Virus record (IMG/VR): IMGVR_UViG_3300029318_000037
Span: 1 to 35,731 of that record
DNA from: a virus
Taxonomy: Duplodnaviria > Caudoviricetes
Strand: one strand, 5' to 3'
Length of the DNA stretch: 35,731 bases
In this document: positions 19,001 to 26,207 of the stretch, one piece after another
Position numbering within the stretch: position 1 is the stretch's first letter
Layout: every line of letters begins with the position of its first letter
Notes under the pieces: model-generated
What the model saw: only the letters and a program-made list of their open reading frames with translations
Databases searched by the model: none
Told to the model about the DNA's origin: nothing
Translations under genes and position numbers: made by a program

Positions 19001-19221
19001 ACGACTTTAAATGGAAAAATAAGGATCACAGAAGTTATGGTGTAATAGCGCATGAATTAAATGATGTAGTGCCTAGCGCGGTAACAGGTGAAAAAGATGG
19101 TCAGGATATGCAAGCTGTTGACTATTCTAAATTAGTTCCGTTATTGTTAAAATCTGTACAAGAATTAAAAGAAGAAAACCTTGCTTTAAAAGCTAGAGTA
19201 AACGCACTAGAAAAAAATTAA
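10063..19221 (+). CDS. Giant modular tail fibre (3052 aa) with C-terminal intramolecular chaperone (peptidase S74)
   Basis: About 24 G(N/K)VGIGTxxP linkers; G/S/T/N-rich beta sequence; C-terminal TSDYRLKED...GVIAHEL...VDYSKLVPLLLKSVQEL. Confidence 0.92.
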   Translation: MATLTGTKIKDTYDGLLKVSDNVGLNSTKKIITDGLGNNSSVKISTSDFEVGGFFYVDIDGNLPDSKIGIGTSSPSETLHVVGDFRLTARFYDGSNSAGLSGRVLMSTGTATSWSNTFTTSMTFDAGVIINAGIKDYAGSTGTAGQVLSSTGSSDVEWVSLSEIQGVDGSGTANYIPIWTDSDTLGNSVIYQSSSNIGIGTLSPGSYKLHVFGDFKLNSNGSGYIQSDYGDHRISIYDSSNNEVIQFKDLDGSSANQLVVASTGVGINVANPSEKLHVSGSANGNVKVLIQNNNTGTHAYATLGFQSNQNHSVQPALFLNGSNNTNYAGANSLNMYQHGNFPLGFVTSNLIRMTVAGDGAVGIGNTSPSYKLSVSDDTDGSVNIFQLRNGDATYSQSFSYVLDTSKNLVITGASGAGGIRYNVGTNGFTIAGGSVGIGTTSPSSGLHLSGGDNTKSKFTLTNTAPLIDNSWSINPTNGTNLSLNQGISNRVTFIGGGQLQLNAYGSGTFTGTTTQRLGVDSSGNVIEIPIGSGPVDGSGSANKVAIWSDADTLTSDSNLHWDSTNDRLGVGLSNPSYTIHIPDGSSNANPDHAIAIGNDADIKLYRHSNTGVNVIEGDGHLNIRTNTITFQNQAGTETLFKGVADGAFEAYYNNSKELETISQGVNIRVKSIIPSAGNTNGGYWLYGTHAHGFVSNSNGDLRILGLTPGGQKEVLRSYITTASRLVIDGNNYYNVGIGTGTPSEKLHVSGNIKGTGNAFFGSGGTGTTDAIVSIDGGSGTGGEAYLRLMRGGSSGFILNHTANEIQVRATANIPMFFYTNDTIGIKLNANSSVTFSEYGSGTFTGTATQRLAVDSSGNIIEVPIGSGAVDGSGTTGFITKWTDGDTIGDSILEVNSALPSDVLMPQYIRHAGDTNTYFGFYDNDTFLLATNNNERMRVTDAGNVGIGTTSPSEKLEVVGNIMANVSNTGGFMLTANSASGLVRNNATGLALRTNTTDRLIIDNSGDASFTGAVTVEGGILHLGKADTSSGHINAKELMTFNIDTDNDDTNRYFGWYTNGESASGSELMRLTEAGYLGIGTTTPNRLLTVGGTSQFNDTAYFANRGLISWGSMGGGTGFGIRAESGNALSLGANGTWDYLIIDTSGNVGIGSSSPGERLQLQVNDDTFNDINILNIKRVWSTASTSDRSHGIKFSDYNSTNALIYVDRTNSATNYNSDLLFLTNSGSSGTNLSTKMIITSGGSIGVGTSSPNVKFEISDATSPILRLHNTTSNGANSGTIQLYESNTNYGAYLTYNGDANVFQIGTRVNGTNHSRVQIARDTGTVRFNAYGSGAFTGTATQRLAVDSSGNIIEVAIGSGAVDGSGAANKLAIWSDADTLTSDTNLHWDTTNDRLGIGTATPSVLLDILGSGEEWLRIVGGSSNINGIRLGSSSGSRQNVFYRNRSNDLLTIRAGIDDSDIQIIAGGSANEIMRFDGTNSRVGIGTTSPSDKLEIAGLTNYTGLTLKGTGASRPALTFKNVNQSYLGAIYGTESNSLIFESGGDGTTGVVAMTIKSDGKVGIGTTSPSSTLTVDGTVEVQNNALSLRDTSSNLQIKIQPSVGGNGRIMAHNTNMGTNQNLDIKATQIDLYSGSISGSANVSTLLLDSSNNATFAGSIVMGGATLANSYMIEMIPTGGNILRSTRGTSVFGSYQVTNGAIYLGATSNDALNIITNDTPRIHITNGGNIGIGTTSPVNKLDVNGIIAVNQTAGGNAGIKIITKNDAEAFLIMGDPDDNSMGGIAYNNNTNSLSIDCNNAERISINSSGNVGIGTTSPSHLLSIGTEGNASGKKLTFYLDGSDGDYAGIGAQRGETNVYCSSEIRFINESNSSGSGAMSFNTGLNTLNERMRITSAGNIGIGTTSPLGKLDIVGNTDDNTNFLTIQDNDTSANSHRPSIRFRSNTAQIGQIVGLNAGMRFSVGAGETSFLEIRNTGNIGIGTTAPVGKLQVVDGDIRVTTSSSFSNLISSRAANPNANGYNLGGLLFQAYSTMTNYTTGAAIYAYADGAAWTSSSVPSYLSFHTASSGSATTTEKMVIKNDGKVGIGTTSPESTLDIRGSGGYLQLTSTAAVGSIKSDYNLQLFADPEDDNSSGYQNIQFFTAGSNERMRVGYNGNIGIGTTAPITKTHIKGNGLTVEESSAGRKIQIIAPVSGVDSKIRTNATSAGFIFQNNPSGDGSTFVDLMAIGSSGVTTFTGKIDINLSSEGTYFVGGSGGLRRLSITSGTNTSAGALHTFNIASSNGKYKFDINGTEKFSLDSTTATFAGNVTTTGVAYTDYVQTRSGTSIDFRHQDASVIMRIDTDDARVGIGTTSPTSKLDVKSSGSNIDEISLTHSGNTVKIASLGQESGHGSLVLRNNSGTIQTRLSAGGNNSYILNSNLGIGTSSPTGKLNIVQSSTTDPALRLTDDGVASYDFTFPDTSTIQLGTNTTSDKTFKLVNAGSGNLNISVDNATLKSTAPELLFSETGSGTSNRIYADGGNLHIDIDNTANDSGNLKLLHQGTQFAVFKGSTGALGIGTTSPATKLDVVGSATFTGTVTAGSYFLGDDASISLATTGSGTVFLRPNGQTTSGQMKVESDGNATIAGDVIMSKSAGPTLNMNTNTAGNTSKILLHEGTTASPANGASIRYDGSANTFKIGVGANVNTTRLTIDRATGLATFANNVTLYSRLTFDYGGDHYLEAGTNSLAYKNSSGAVVMTLNASTKDVSFASNIQVYGWIKGASDTNTLYSATSLGTYLQSPTNSGTGGNIYFRNFSGTVFQTFSQVDGSATFTGDITIDDSNATLNLLSGINGNSTINFGDPADNNPGQIIYRHNGNSMSFDTADNERMRIDMNGNIGVNTTSPGVKFDVIHSDTGAGYSDGVARFHNNTSSVMGGAAVLNVRNSYNAGFGGLIKFWSTSIMSSVGNISFNSDRTAVNYNTTSDYRLKEDYKDFNGLDITSKIKVYDFKWKNKDHRSYGVIAHELNDVVPSAVTGEKDGQDMQAVDYSKLVPLLLKSVQELKEENLALKARVNALEKN
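11566..11775 (+). repeat. Internal fibre module, copy 1 (AYGSGTFTG..TQRL.VDSSGN.IE..IGSG.VDGSG...LHWD.TNDRLG)
   Basis: Near-identical protein copy at ~14041-14250 and a partial copy at ~12571-12730. Confidence 0.85.
14041..14250 (+). repeat. Internal fibre module, copy 3
   Basis: Aligns without gaps to 11566-11775 at protein level. Confidence 0.85.
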
Positions 19222-19226
19222 ATTAG

Positions 19227-19234
19227 TATATTTG
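19227..19234 (+). promoter_or_regulatory. Bacteroidota -7 promoter TATATTTG
   Basis: Exact TAnnTTTG in a 28-nt intergenic gap. Confidence 0.7.
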
Positions 19235-19249
19235 TAAAAAATAAATATT

Positions 19250-19582
19250 ATGGCAAACACATACTCATGGGATATACCCGCTGTAGATTGCAGACCAACA
19301 GAAGGTGATTTGTCAACTGTTGTTTATAACGTTCATTGGCGTTATAATGCAGATGATGGTAAGGGTAACACCGCTACGATTATTGGAACACAAACAGTTG
19401 GTTCGCCTGATCCTGAAAATTTTAAACCTTTTGCAGATTTGACCAAAGATATTGTTGTATCTTGGATTGAACCTGAAATGGATATGGCAGAAATGAAATC
19501 TAACGTTGACGCACAAATAGCGGAAAAAGAAAACCCAACAACAGAAACCTTACCATTACCAAGTGATAATGGTGGCGAATAA
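19250..19582 (+). CDS. Fibre-associated protein (possible assembly factor)
   Basis: Motifs VV..VHWRY and F.PF.DLT...V.SW; directly after the fibre gene. Confidence 0.6.
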   Translation: MANTYSWDIPAVDCRPTEGDLSTVVYNVHWRYNADDGKGNTATIIGTQTVGSPDPENFKPFADLTKDIVVSWIEPEMDMAEMKSNVDAQIAEKENPTTETLPLPSDNGGE

Positions 19583-19605
19583 TTAATAATTTAACAAACA
19601 GAAAA

Positions 19606-19845
19606 ATGGCACAATTAGAAGAACAAGAGTTCGAGAAATTAAAACAACAAGAAGCTAGTAAAAATGCAATATTATTTGATATTGGTGCAATGGCTACACA
19701 AACTAAAAAACTACATAAAGCGTTTGAAAATCTGGAAAATGATATGCAAACCTTTCGTGAAGAATTAGTAGCTAAGTACGGTAAAATTAACGTTGATTTA
19801 AAAGACGGTTCATTTGAATTAGTTGAAGAAGAAGTTAAAGAGTAA
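19606..19845 (+). CDS. Hypothetical coiled-coil protein
   Basis: Helical body ending KYGKINVDLKDG; coupled to the next gene. Confidence 0.7.
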   Translation: MAQLEEQEFEKLKQQEASKNAILFDIGAMATQTKKLHKAFENLENDMQTFREELVAKYGKINVDLKDGSFELVEEEVKE

Positions 19846-20312
19846 TGGCATTAATTAATGGAACATCTTTTGCGTTGTTTCATAATGGTAATATTCTAGG
19901 ACATTCTACTGAAACTAAATTTAAATTAAATGTTGATTTACCTGAATCTACAACAAAAGCGTCAGCTGGCTTTCAAGAAGTTATAGCTGGTGTGCGTTCT
20001 GGCACAATAACTGCTTCAGCATTAACAGATTACAGTGATACTTTAAATTTTGAGCAATTAGCTGACATGGTTTTAACGCGTCAGCAAAGTGAGTTTATAT
20101 TTGAACAATCTGCATTTGAGGGTTTATTTTTAACTGGTAACGGCATTATTATTAATGTAGATGAAATTGCTGAATCTGAAAATGTTGTTAGTTTTGACGT
20201 AGAAATACAGCTTACTGGATTATTTAGTTTGCAAGATGAATCAAGTGGTAGATATTGGAATACAACAGATGTTTTTTGGGAAAATGCTAACTTTGAATGG
20301 CAACTTGCATAA
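19845..20312 (+). CDS. Tail tube protein paralog A with Trp-rich C-terminal extension
   Basis: Shares NGT, LGH.T, DLPE.TTK.S.GFQEVIAGV.SG and DYSD with 20362-20769. Confidence 0.8.
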   Translation: MALINGTSFALFHNGNILGHSTETKFKLNVDLPESTTKASAGFQEVIAGVRSGTITASALTDYSDTLNFEQLADMVLTRQQSEFIFEQSAFEGLFLTGNGIIINVDEIAESENVVSFDVEIQLTGLFSLQDESSGRYWNTTDVFWENANFEWQLA

Positions 20313-20324
20313 TAAAAAAAATCG

Positions 20325-20332
20325 TATATTTG
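20325..20332 (+). promoter_or_regulatory. Bacteroidota -7 promoter TATATTTG for the major tail tube gene
   Basis: Exact TAnnTTTG, intergenic. Confidence 0.7.
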
Positions 20333-20361
20333 TAACATATTTAATCATTAAAAAATAAAAA

Positions 20362-20769
20362 ATGGCTACAACATCAGTATTTAATGGAACTAATTTACTT
20401 TTAAAGATTGAAACTGTAACACTAGGACACACAACTAGTTGTTCACTCACATTATCTAATGACTTACCAGAGGCAACAACAAAAAATTCAAACGGATTTC
20501 AAGAGGTTATTGCTGGTGTTATAAGTGGTGAAATTTCTTTTGAAGGATTGGTTGATTATAGTGATAGTGCTAACGCAATACAAATGGCGGATTATTTATT
20601 GGCTAGAACTCAATTGACATGTGTTTTTGGAACTGCTGAAACTGGTGATGCTGTATATACAGCTGAAGGGTTTTTAAGTTCTTTGGAGCAGTCAGCTGAA
20701 ATGGAAAGTCCAGTATCTTATTCAGGATCAATTACGTTAACTGGCGCGATTACAAAATCAACTAACTAA
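20362..20769 (+). CDS. Major tail tube protein (TP901-1-like family), paralog B
   Basis: Motifs TSCSLTLSND, G.LSSLEQSA and VSYSGSITLTG; followed by chaperones and tape measure. Confidence 0.88.
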   Translation: MATTSVFNGTNLLLKIETVTLGHTTSCSLTLSNDLPEATTKNSNGFQEVIAGVISGEISFEGLVDYSDSANAIQMADYLLARTQLTCVFGTAETGDAVYTAEGFLSSLEQSAEMESPVSYSGSITLTGAITKSTN

Positions 20770-20779
20770 TAGTTAAAAA

Positions 20780-21157
20780 ATGGCAAACAGAAAAAGAGGT
20801 TATTACTCAATAAAATTGGGTGGTCAAAGTCGTACAATGCATTTTTCAATGAATTTTTGGACGAACTTTACAGATATTTTAGAAATACCTATTGATAAGA
20901 TAGGCGAAGTATTTCAAAATGGTATAAATTTATCAACTATAAGAGCGCTAATTTATTCAGCGCTCTTGGCGTTTGACCAAGAAAATAACAACGAAATAAA
21001 TTACAATATCTATAGCGTTGGTGCTTGGCTAGATGAAATGCCAGCTGAAAAAATAGAGGACATTGTCAGTGCAATGATGGAATCTAAAATTCTTGGCAAT
21101 GATTTAAATGTTGGTATAAAAAGAACAGTTGCAAAAACTACAAAAAAGGGAAAGTAA
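20780..21157 (+). CDS. Tail assembly chaperone (lambda gpG analogue)
   Basis: Between tube and tape measure; ends in a slippery heptamer. Confidence 0.82.
   Translation: MANRKRGYYSIKLGGQSRTMHFSMNFWTNFTDILEIPIDKIGEVFQNGINLSTIRALIYSALLAFDQENNNEINYNIYSVGAWLDEMPAEKIEDIVSAMMESKILGNDLNVGIKRTVAKTTKKGK
21142..21154 (+). other. Programmed -1 frameshift site (tandem A AAA AAG and G GGA AAG)
   Basis: Both heptamers are in the correct phase just before the TAA; the -1 frame is open (VKKSISWDDLFDYY...) into ORF 21181-21486. Confidence 0.85.
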
Positions 21158-21180
21158 AAAAGTCCATTAGTTGGGACGAT

Positions 21181-21486
21181 TTGTTTGATTATTATATAGG
21201 GCAAATTGGAATTACGCCAAATGACTTTTGGACTAACACTTGGAAAGAAAATCAACTTCTTGGCGAATCGTATCAAATCAAACAAAACTTAGAGTGGGAG
21301 CGCACACGTTATATAGCAATGATGCTATTTAATACTAACGTTGATAAACGTGCTAACATGATTACGCCTGACAAATTATTTCCATTACCACAAGATGTTT
21401 ATTTAGAACGTGGTAAACCAAAATCTACACGTGAACAATACGAAAAATTTAAAGAGAAAATTAAGAAAATAAGTAATAAAAAATAA
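21181..21486 (+). CDS. Tail assembly chaperone C-terminal part (gpGT analogue), made by frameshift
   Basis: Only a TTG start; motif IGITPNDFW..TWKE; in the -1 frame of the upstream ORF. Confidence 0.8.
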   Translation: MFDYYIGQIGITPNDFWTNTWKENQLLGESYQIKQNLEWERTRYIAMMLFNTNVDKRANMITPDKLFPLPQDVYLERGKPKSTREQYEKFKEKIKKISNKK

Positions 21487-21501
21487 CTGTTATGTTTTTT
21501 G

Positions 21502-21509
21502 TATTTTTG
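21502..21509 (+). promoter_or_regulatory. Bacteroidota -7 promoter TATTTTTG for tape measure
   Basis: Exact TAnnTTTG, 15 nt before the ATG at 21525. Confidence 0.6.
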
Positions 21510-21524
21510 TCTTAAATCTTTCTT

Positions 21525-23858
21525 ATGGCAACACAACCCCTAAAAGTTAAAATTAATGGTGATGCTAGTGGCTTAAATAAAGCTATGGCAAGCGCACAGG
21601 GCAAGCTAAAATCTTTTGGAAGTAAATTAAAAGGACTTGGCAATTCTTTACAAGCTATTGCAATTCCTATGGGTCTATTAGGTGGCGCTGGTGTAAAAAT
21701 GGCATTGGACTTTGATAAGTCAATGACTAAAATAAAATCATTAGTTGGTATTGCGGGTGATGAAGTAGATAAAATGGGTGAAAGCGCTAGAAAAATGGCG
21801 CTAGCTACTGGTATTTCAAGCCAAGAAGCTGGTGATGCATTATTCTTTATAACTTCAGCTGGTTTGCGTGGTTCTGATGCTATGGAAGCATTAGAAATAG
21901 CAACAAAAGCAGCTGCTTCAGGATTAGGCGAAACTAAAACAATTGCTGACTTAGCAACATCTGCAATGAATGCTTATGGATCACAAAACATGAGCGCAAC
22001 GGATGCTACAGATGTTTTAACTGCTGCTGTTAGAGAAGGTAAATTAGAATCTAGCGAACTAGCTGGTGCTATGGGTGGTGTTATACCCATTGCATCAAAC
22101 ATGGGTGTCGAGTTTCATGAAGTTGGTGCTGCAATGGCAGCTATGTCAAGAACAGGAACAAATGCAGCTGTTGGCGCGACACAATTAACAGCAATTCTTG
22201 CGTCATTAAAAAAACCAGCAGATCAAGCTGTACAATCATTAGCCAATATGGGTTTAAGTACAGATCAAGTTCAACAAAGTTTAGCTGAACAAGGTTTAAT
22301 GGCTACATTAGAAATGTTAAAAAACAGAACACAAGAATTTGGTGTTGATATTTCTAGTATATTTCCAAATATAAGAGCGCTAAAAGGTGTTATGGATTTG
22401 ACTGGTGCTGGTATGGAAGATGCTAAAGGTATTTTTGATTCACTATCTAATAGCGCTGGCGCAACTGCTAAAGCATTTGACACTACTTCAAAATCAGCAA
22501 GTTTTCAATTTCAAGCTGCACTAAATGGCGCAAAAGAAACTTTAACTAGTTTAGGTCAACAATTATTAGTTGCAGTTGTGCCAGCAATACAAAAAGCTGT
22601 TGGTTTTGTAAGAAATTTACATAATAGATTTAAAGAATTAAGCCCAAGCACACAAAAGCTAATATTAGCTTTAAGTGGTGTCGCTGTTGCATTACCTACA
22701 ATTATAACTTTAATTGGTGGGCTGACAACCGCATTAAGTGTTTTAATTTCGCCAATTGGTTTAATTGCAGCTGGCCTTGCAGCTGTAGCTTTTATTATAC
22801 ATAAAAACTGGAATGAAGTTTTGCCAGTAGTTGTTGGTTTATTTAATCAGTTTGTAGATTTATTTAATTCATCAGTGTCTTTAAGAATAGCAATTGCAGC
22901 TATTGGATCAGTTTTTAAATCAGTATTTATTGCAGCAAAAGCACAGATAATGCAATTTGTAAATATTTTTAAAACTATGTGGAAGGTAATTAAAGAGTTT
23001 TCACAAAAAGGTTTTAAAGGTAGTTTTGGTGATATATTACAAGAAGGTTTTGACAATGGCAAAACAATTGCAACTGATGCTGCCGAAGATATTGCAACAG
23101 AATTTACAGATAGTTACACAAATGCTTTATCTAGTAAATTAGAACATAAAACAGTAGAACAAGTTCAAGGAAGTTTGAATAATGTAGTTGACAAGTTTAA
23201 AGGATTTGGCAACAATTTAGTTAACAATATGTTTACTGGTGGTACTAGTGGTGGTGGTGGTGAAGAACCTACTAATGAAGATCAACCATCTGTTTTAAGT
23301 CAAGTTGTAGGAAGCGATGAAGATGAGCAAATGGTAAACGAAAAAGTTTCTAGGTTTTTAGAAACTATGAATAATTTAGGTTTAAGTGTGCAATCAATTA
23401 TGTCGGCAGTTGGTGATTCGCTTATGGGAGCATTTACAGCTATGTTAGATGGTCAAAATTTTGTAAAAGTATTAGGTAATGCTTTAAAACAAATTATAAA
23501 ACAATTAATAGCAGCGGCATTGGCAGCATTAGCATTATCTACTATATTAGGTGGTTTGGGTATTGGCACATTTAAAGGTGGCGGTACTGGTTTTAAAGAC
23601 ATATTTGGTAAACTTTCTGGGTTTGGTAAATTTGCTAACGGTGGTATTGTAAGCGCACCAACAATGGGTCTTATGGGTGAATACCCTGGAGCAAAATCTA
23701 ATCCAGAAGTTATTGCGCCATTAGATAAACTAAAAAATATGATTGGCAATACAGGTGGCGCACAACAAGTGCAAGTTGGCGGTTCATTTGAAATACGAGG
23801 GCAAGATTTGGTTGTAGCATTAGAAAGAGCAAACAGTACACGTAATAGATTAATTTAA
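21525..23858 (+). CDS. Tape measure protein (TP901 family core)
   Basis: N-terminal LKVKINGDASGL; Ala/Gly-rich helical core; hydrophobic segments; C-terminal FANGGIV..PT...GE....PEVIAPL. Confidence 0.93.
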   Translation: MATQPLKVKINGDASGLNKAMASAQGKLKSFGSKLKGLGNSLQAIAIPMGLLGGAGVKMALDFDKSMTKIKSLVGIAGDEVDKMGESARKMALATGISSQEAGDALFFITSAGLRGSDAMEALEIATKAAASGLGETKTIADLATSAMNAYGSQNMSATDATDVLTAAVREGKLESSELAGAMGGVIPIASNMGVEFHEVGAAMAAMSRTGTNAAVGATQLTAILASLKKPADQAVQSLANMGLSTDQVQQSLAEQGLMATLEMLKNRTQEFGVDISSIFPNIRALKGVMDLTGAGMEDAKGIFDSLSNSAGATAKAFDTTSKSASFQFQAALNGAKETLTSLGQQLLVAVVPAIQKAVGFVRNLHNRFKELSPSTQKLILALSGVAVALPTIITLIGGLTTALSVLISPIGLIAAGLAAVAFIIHKNWNEVLPVVVGLFNQFVDLFNSSVSLRIAIAAIGSVFKSVFIAAKAQIMQFVNIFKTMWKVIKEFSQKGFKGSFGDILQEGFDNGKTIATDAAEDIATEFTDSYTNALSSKLEHKTVEQVQGSLNNVVDKFKGFGNNLVNNMFTGGTSGGGGEEPTNEDQPSVLSQVVGSDEDEQMVNEKVSRFLETMNNLGLSVQSIMSAVGDSLMGAFTAMLDGQNFVKVLGNALKQIIKQLIAAALAALALSTILGGLGIGTFKGGGTGFKDIFGKLSGFGKFANGGIVSAPTMGLMGEYPGAKSNPEVIAPLDKLKNMIGNTGGAQQVQVGGSFEIRGQDLVVALERANSTRNRLI

Positions 23859-25876
23859 TGGCATACGGTCTTAAATATAAATTAGAATTTAGTGATGTCT
23901 TAACCAAAGGTAAAAAAATAGAAATTTGGAAGGACAATTATACAGGTAGCGTTTTACCTATGGTTGGGCAAGCCGAACCAGTTGTAATAAAATGGAATGC
24001 TAATGACGATCCATACAATTCACCTATAATAGGATCAGTTTGTACGTTAAATTTATTTACTACTGATACTGTTACTTATGATGATTTTTATGAACATGAT
24101 GAGCGTGAATATAAAGTAAAAATTTCATATAAAGATAGTTCAAATGTTTATAGGACTTATTGGATGGGTTGGTTGGTTGTTGATAGATTTAAAGAACAGT
24201 ATAAAGCTAATCCTGTTGCATTTAGTTTAAATGCTTATGACGGTTTAGGAACACTTGATAATTTTGATGCGCCAATAGGAACTAATCCATTTAATGAAGC
24301 TACTGGATTAGCAAATAGAACAAGAATTGCCACAATACTTGCTAAACTTAATTTAGGTTTTGATATATATGTACAGGCAGATTTATGGCAAGCAACATTT
24401 GGAACACCTACATATCCAATGCTTAAAAAAGTAATGCAAGAATCACTAATTACAAATGGCCGTAATGAATTACTTAATAAATTTGATTTGCCAACATGTA
24501 AAAAACAATTAGAAGCAATTTTAAAAAATTATAATTGTCGTATTTTTCAATCGTATGGACGTTGGTATATTGTAGAAAATTCTAACATATTTGACGCAAA
24601 TGTTAAATCTACAATATTTAGTTCTGCAACTGGTGGCACAACACCAACAGGCATAAGATCAAGCATAACATCACAATTAGTAAGTGCTAGTGCTGAAGTA
24701 ATACAAACAGACATATATAATTCATCTGGCGTATATCAATCAAGCACTAATGAATCTTTATTAAAAATAGTGCCTACTAGTTTAAAAAATGTTAATGGCG
24801 ATTTAACAAGGGAATACATACAACCAATAAATGAATCTAAATATAAATTTACAACAACACAAAATAATTGTTATTCTTATACTAGAAATATTGGTTTTGA
24901 ATATGGTAGTTACGGGTGGATTTTTACAAGTTACGCAACATTGGTTACTGATGATTTTTCACAACAAGGACGTAAAGCTGCAAAATTAGTAAATGCACCA
25001 ACTTCTGGAGAAACTTTAATTTTTAATTCTGACTATGTTGGTCAAACAGCTAGATCATGGAATCATTATTATACTGGTGTAAGCGCACAAGTAGGTGTTT
25101 TTGTTGAAAAAAATGAAAACAGTGTAAGTAATTTTCAAATACAATTTAGAATAGTTGTTAGTGCGCCCCCTAACTTTAAATATTGGGACGATGAAAACAG
25201 CACATGGACCAACACAAGTACGACAATTACAAGGTCAATTGAAGTTTTTAATAATTGGCAAACTATTAATGTTAGTTTTGATGGCACTGGTTATCCAACA
25301 AATTTAACAAATAATCAAGTTGGTATTCAAATTTTAAATTGTACTTATTCTGGAACTGGTGTTGACGATATATATTTTGATAATGTAGGAATTATAGGTA
25401 ATTATTTTAGACCAAGTGGCACACCTACAGCGCCAAATGACAATAGAAATATACCTAGTTCATATATAGAATTTGCAAAAAGAACAACAGCAAATAATGT
25501 TTATAGTGATGAAAAAATTATAACAGGCACATATTATTTTAGCACTGGTAATGGAATACCGACACTATATGCATATAAAAGAACTAGGGACACACAATTA
25601 AAACCAATGTATCATAGGCATTTACAAAACATAATGAATGATTACAGAGAGTTTTTGGTAAGATATGAAGGCACTTTTAGGAATATGGAAAATGATCCTG
25701 TAAGCATGCACAATAGAATATGGTTTAATTTTGGAACGTCAATAGCCCAAGACCCACAAAGTTGCTATATTGATGGATTAACATATAATGTAAAATCAGC
25801 AAACGCAAAAGTTATAGCCCACTTGCCAAATGACGATGATGATTTAAGTTGTGATTTTAGAATTACGTCAGAATAA
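23858..25876 (+). CDS. Tail tip / hub structural protein (672 aa)
   Basis: Coupled to tape measure; MAYGLKY start; motifs A.DGLGTL and CRIFQSYGRWYI; beta-rich. Confidence 0.7.
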   Translation: MAYGLKYKLEFSDVLTKGKKIEIWKDNYTGSVLPMVGQAEPVVIKWNANDDPYNSPIIGSVCTLNLFTTDTVTYDDFYEHDEREYKVKISYKDSSNVYRTYWMGWLVVDRFKEQYKANPVAFSLNAYDGLGTLDNFDAPIGTNPFNEATGLANRTRIATILAKLNLGFDIYVQADLWQATFGTPTYPMLKKVMQESLITNGRNELLNKFDLPTCKKQLEAILKNYNCRIFQSYGRWYIVENSNIFDANVKSTIFSSATGGTTPTGIRSSITSQLVSASAEVIQTDIYNSSGVYQSSTNESLLKIVPTSLKNVNGDLTREYIQPINESKYKFTTTQNNCYSYTRNIGFEYGSYGWIFTSYATLVTDDFSQQGRKAAKLVNAPTSGETLIFNSDYVGQTARSWNHYYTGVSAQVGVFVEKNENSVSNFQIQFRIVVSAPPNFKYWDDENSTWTNTSTTITRSIEVFNNWQTINVSFDGTGYPTNLTNNQVGIQILNCTYSGTGVDDIYFDNVGIIGNYFRPSGTPTAPNDNRNIPSSYIEFAKRTTANNVYSDEKIITGTYYFSTGNGIPTLYAYKRTRDTQLKPMYHRHLQNIMNDYREFLVRYEGTFRNMENDPVSMHNRIWFNFGTSIAQDPQSCYIDGLTYNVKSANAKVIAHLPNDDDDLSCDFRITSE

Positions 25877-25903
25877 TCTTTGCTTTCCTTTTCTGTTTGC
25901 AAG

Positions 25904-25943
25904 AAGCCGTCACAGTTAATTTAATTGTGGCGGTTTTATTTTT
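25904..25943 (+). terminator. Rho-independent terminator ending the tail operon
   Basis: CCGTCACAgTTAA-t-TTAAtTGTGGCGG followed by a T-rich run. Confidence 0.85.
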
Positions 25944-25954
25944 AAAATATTTTT

Positions 25955-25985
25955 TTTGTTTTATTGAAAATAAATTTTAACTTTG
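25955..25985 (+). promoter_or_regulatory. Full Bacteroidota promoter TTTG-N19-TAACTTTG for the early/replication operon
   Basis: Both -33 and -7 elements at canonical spacing. Confidence 0.75.
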
Positions 25986-26006
25986 TTTAAATATTAAAAA
26001 TAATTT

Positions 26007-26207
26007 ATGATTGAAAAAGCATTTAAAGGCGATCTTAAACGTCTTAGGTTGAAACGATACGATGTTTGTGAAATGCTACATTGTACAATGCCAACATTAA
26101 AATCAAGAATAAACAAACCAGAAACTTTTACTGTTAACGAAATTGTTTTGTTAAAAGACAACGGTTTTAGTTTATTATATAATAATTTGTTAAATATATT
26201 AAAATGA
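26007..26207 (+). CDS. Small HTH (Cro/XRE-like) DNA-binding protein
   Basis: RYDVCEMLHCTMPTLKSRINKPETFTVNEI fits an HTH; first gene of the operon. Confidence 0.7.
   Translation: MIEKAFKGDLKRLRLKRYDVCEMLHCTMPTLKSRINKPETFTVNEIVLLKDNGFSLLYNNLLNILK

Noticed and set aside
26007-26207. Lysogeny switch
   Set aside because: Only one small HTH gene; no divergent repressor, integrase or partition genes recognised.
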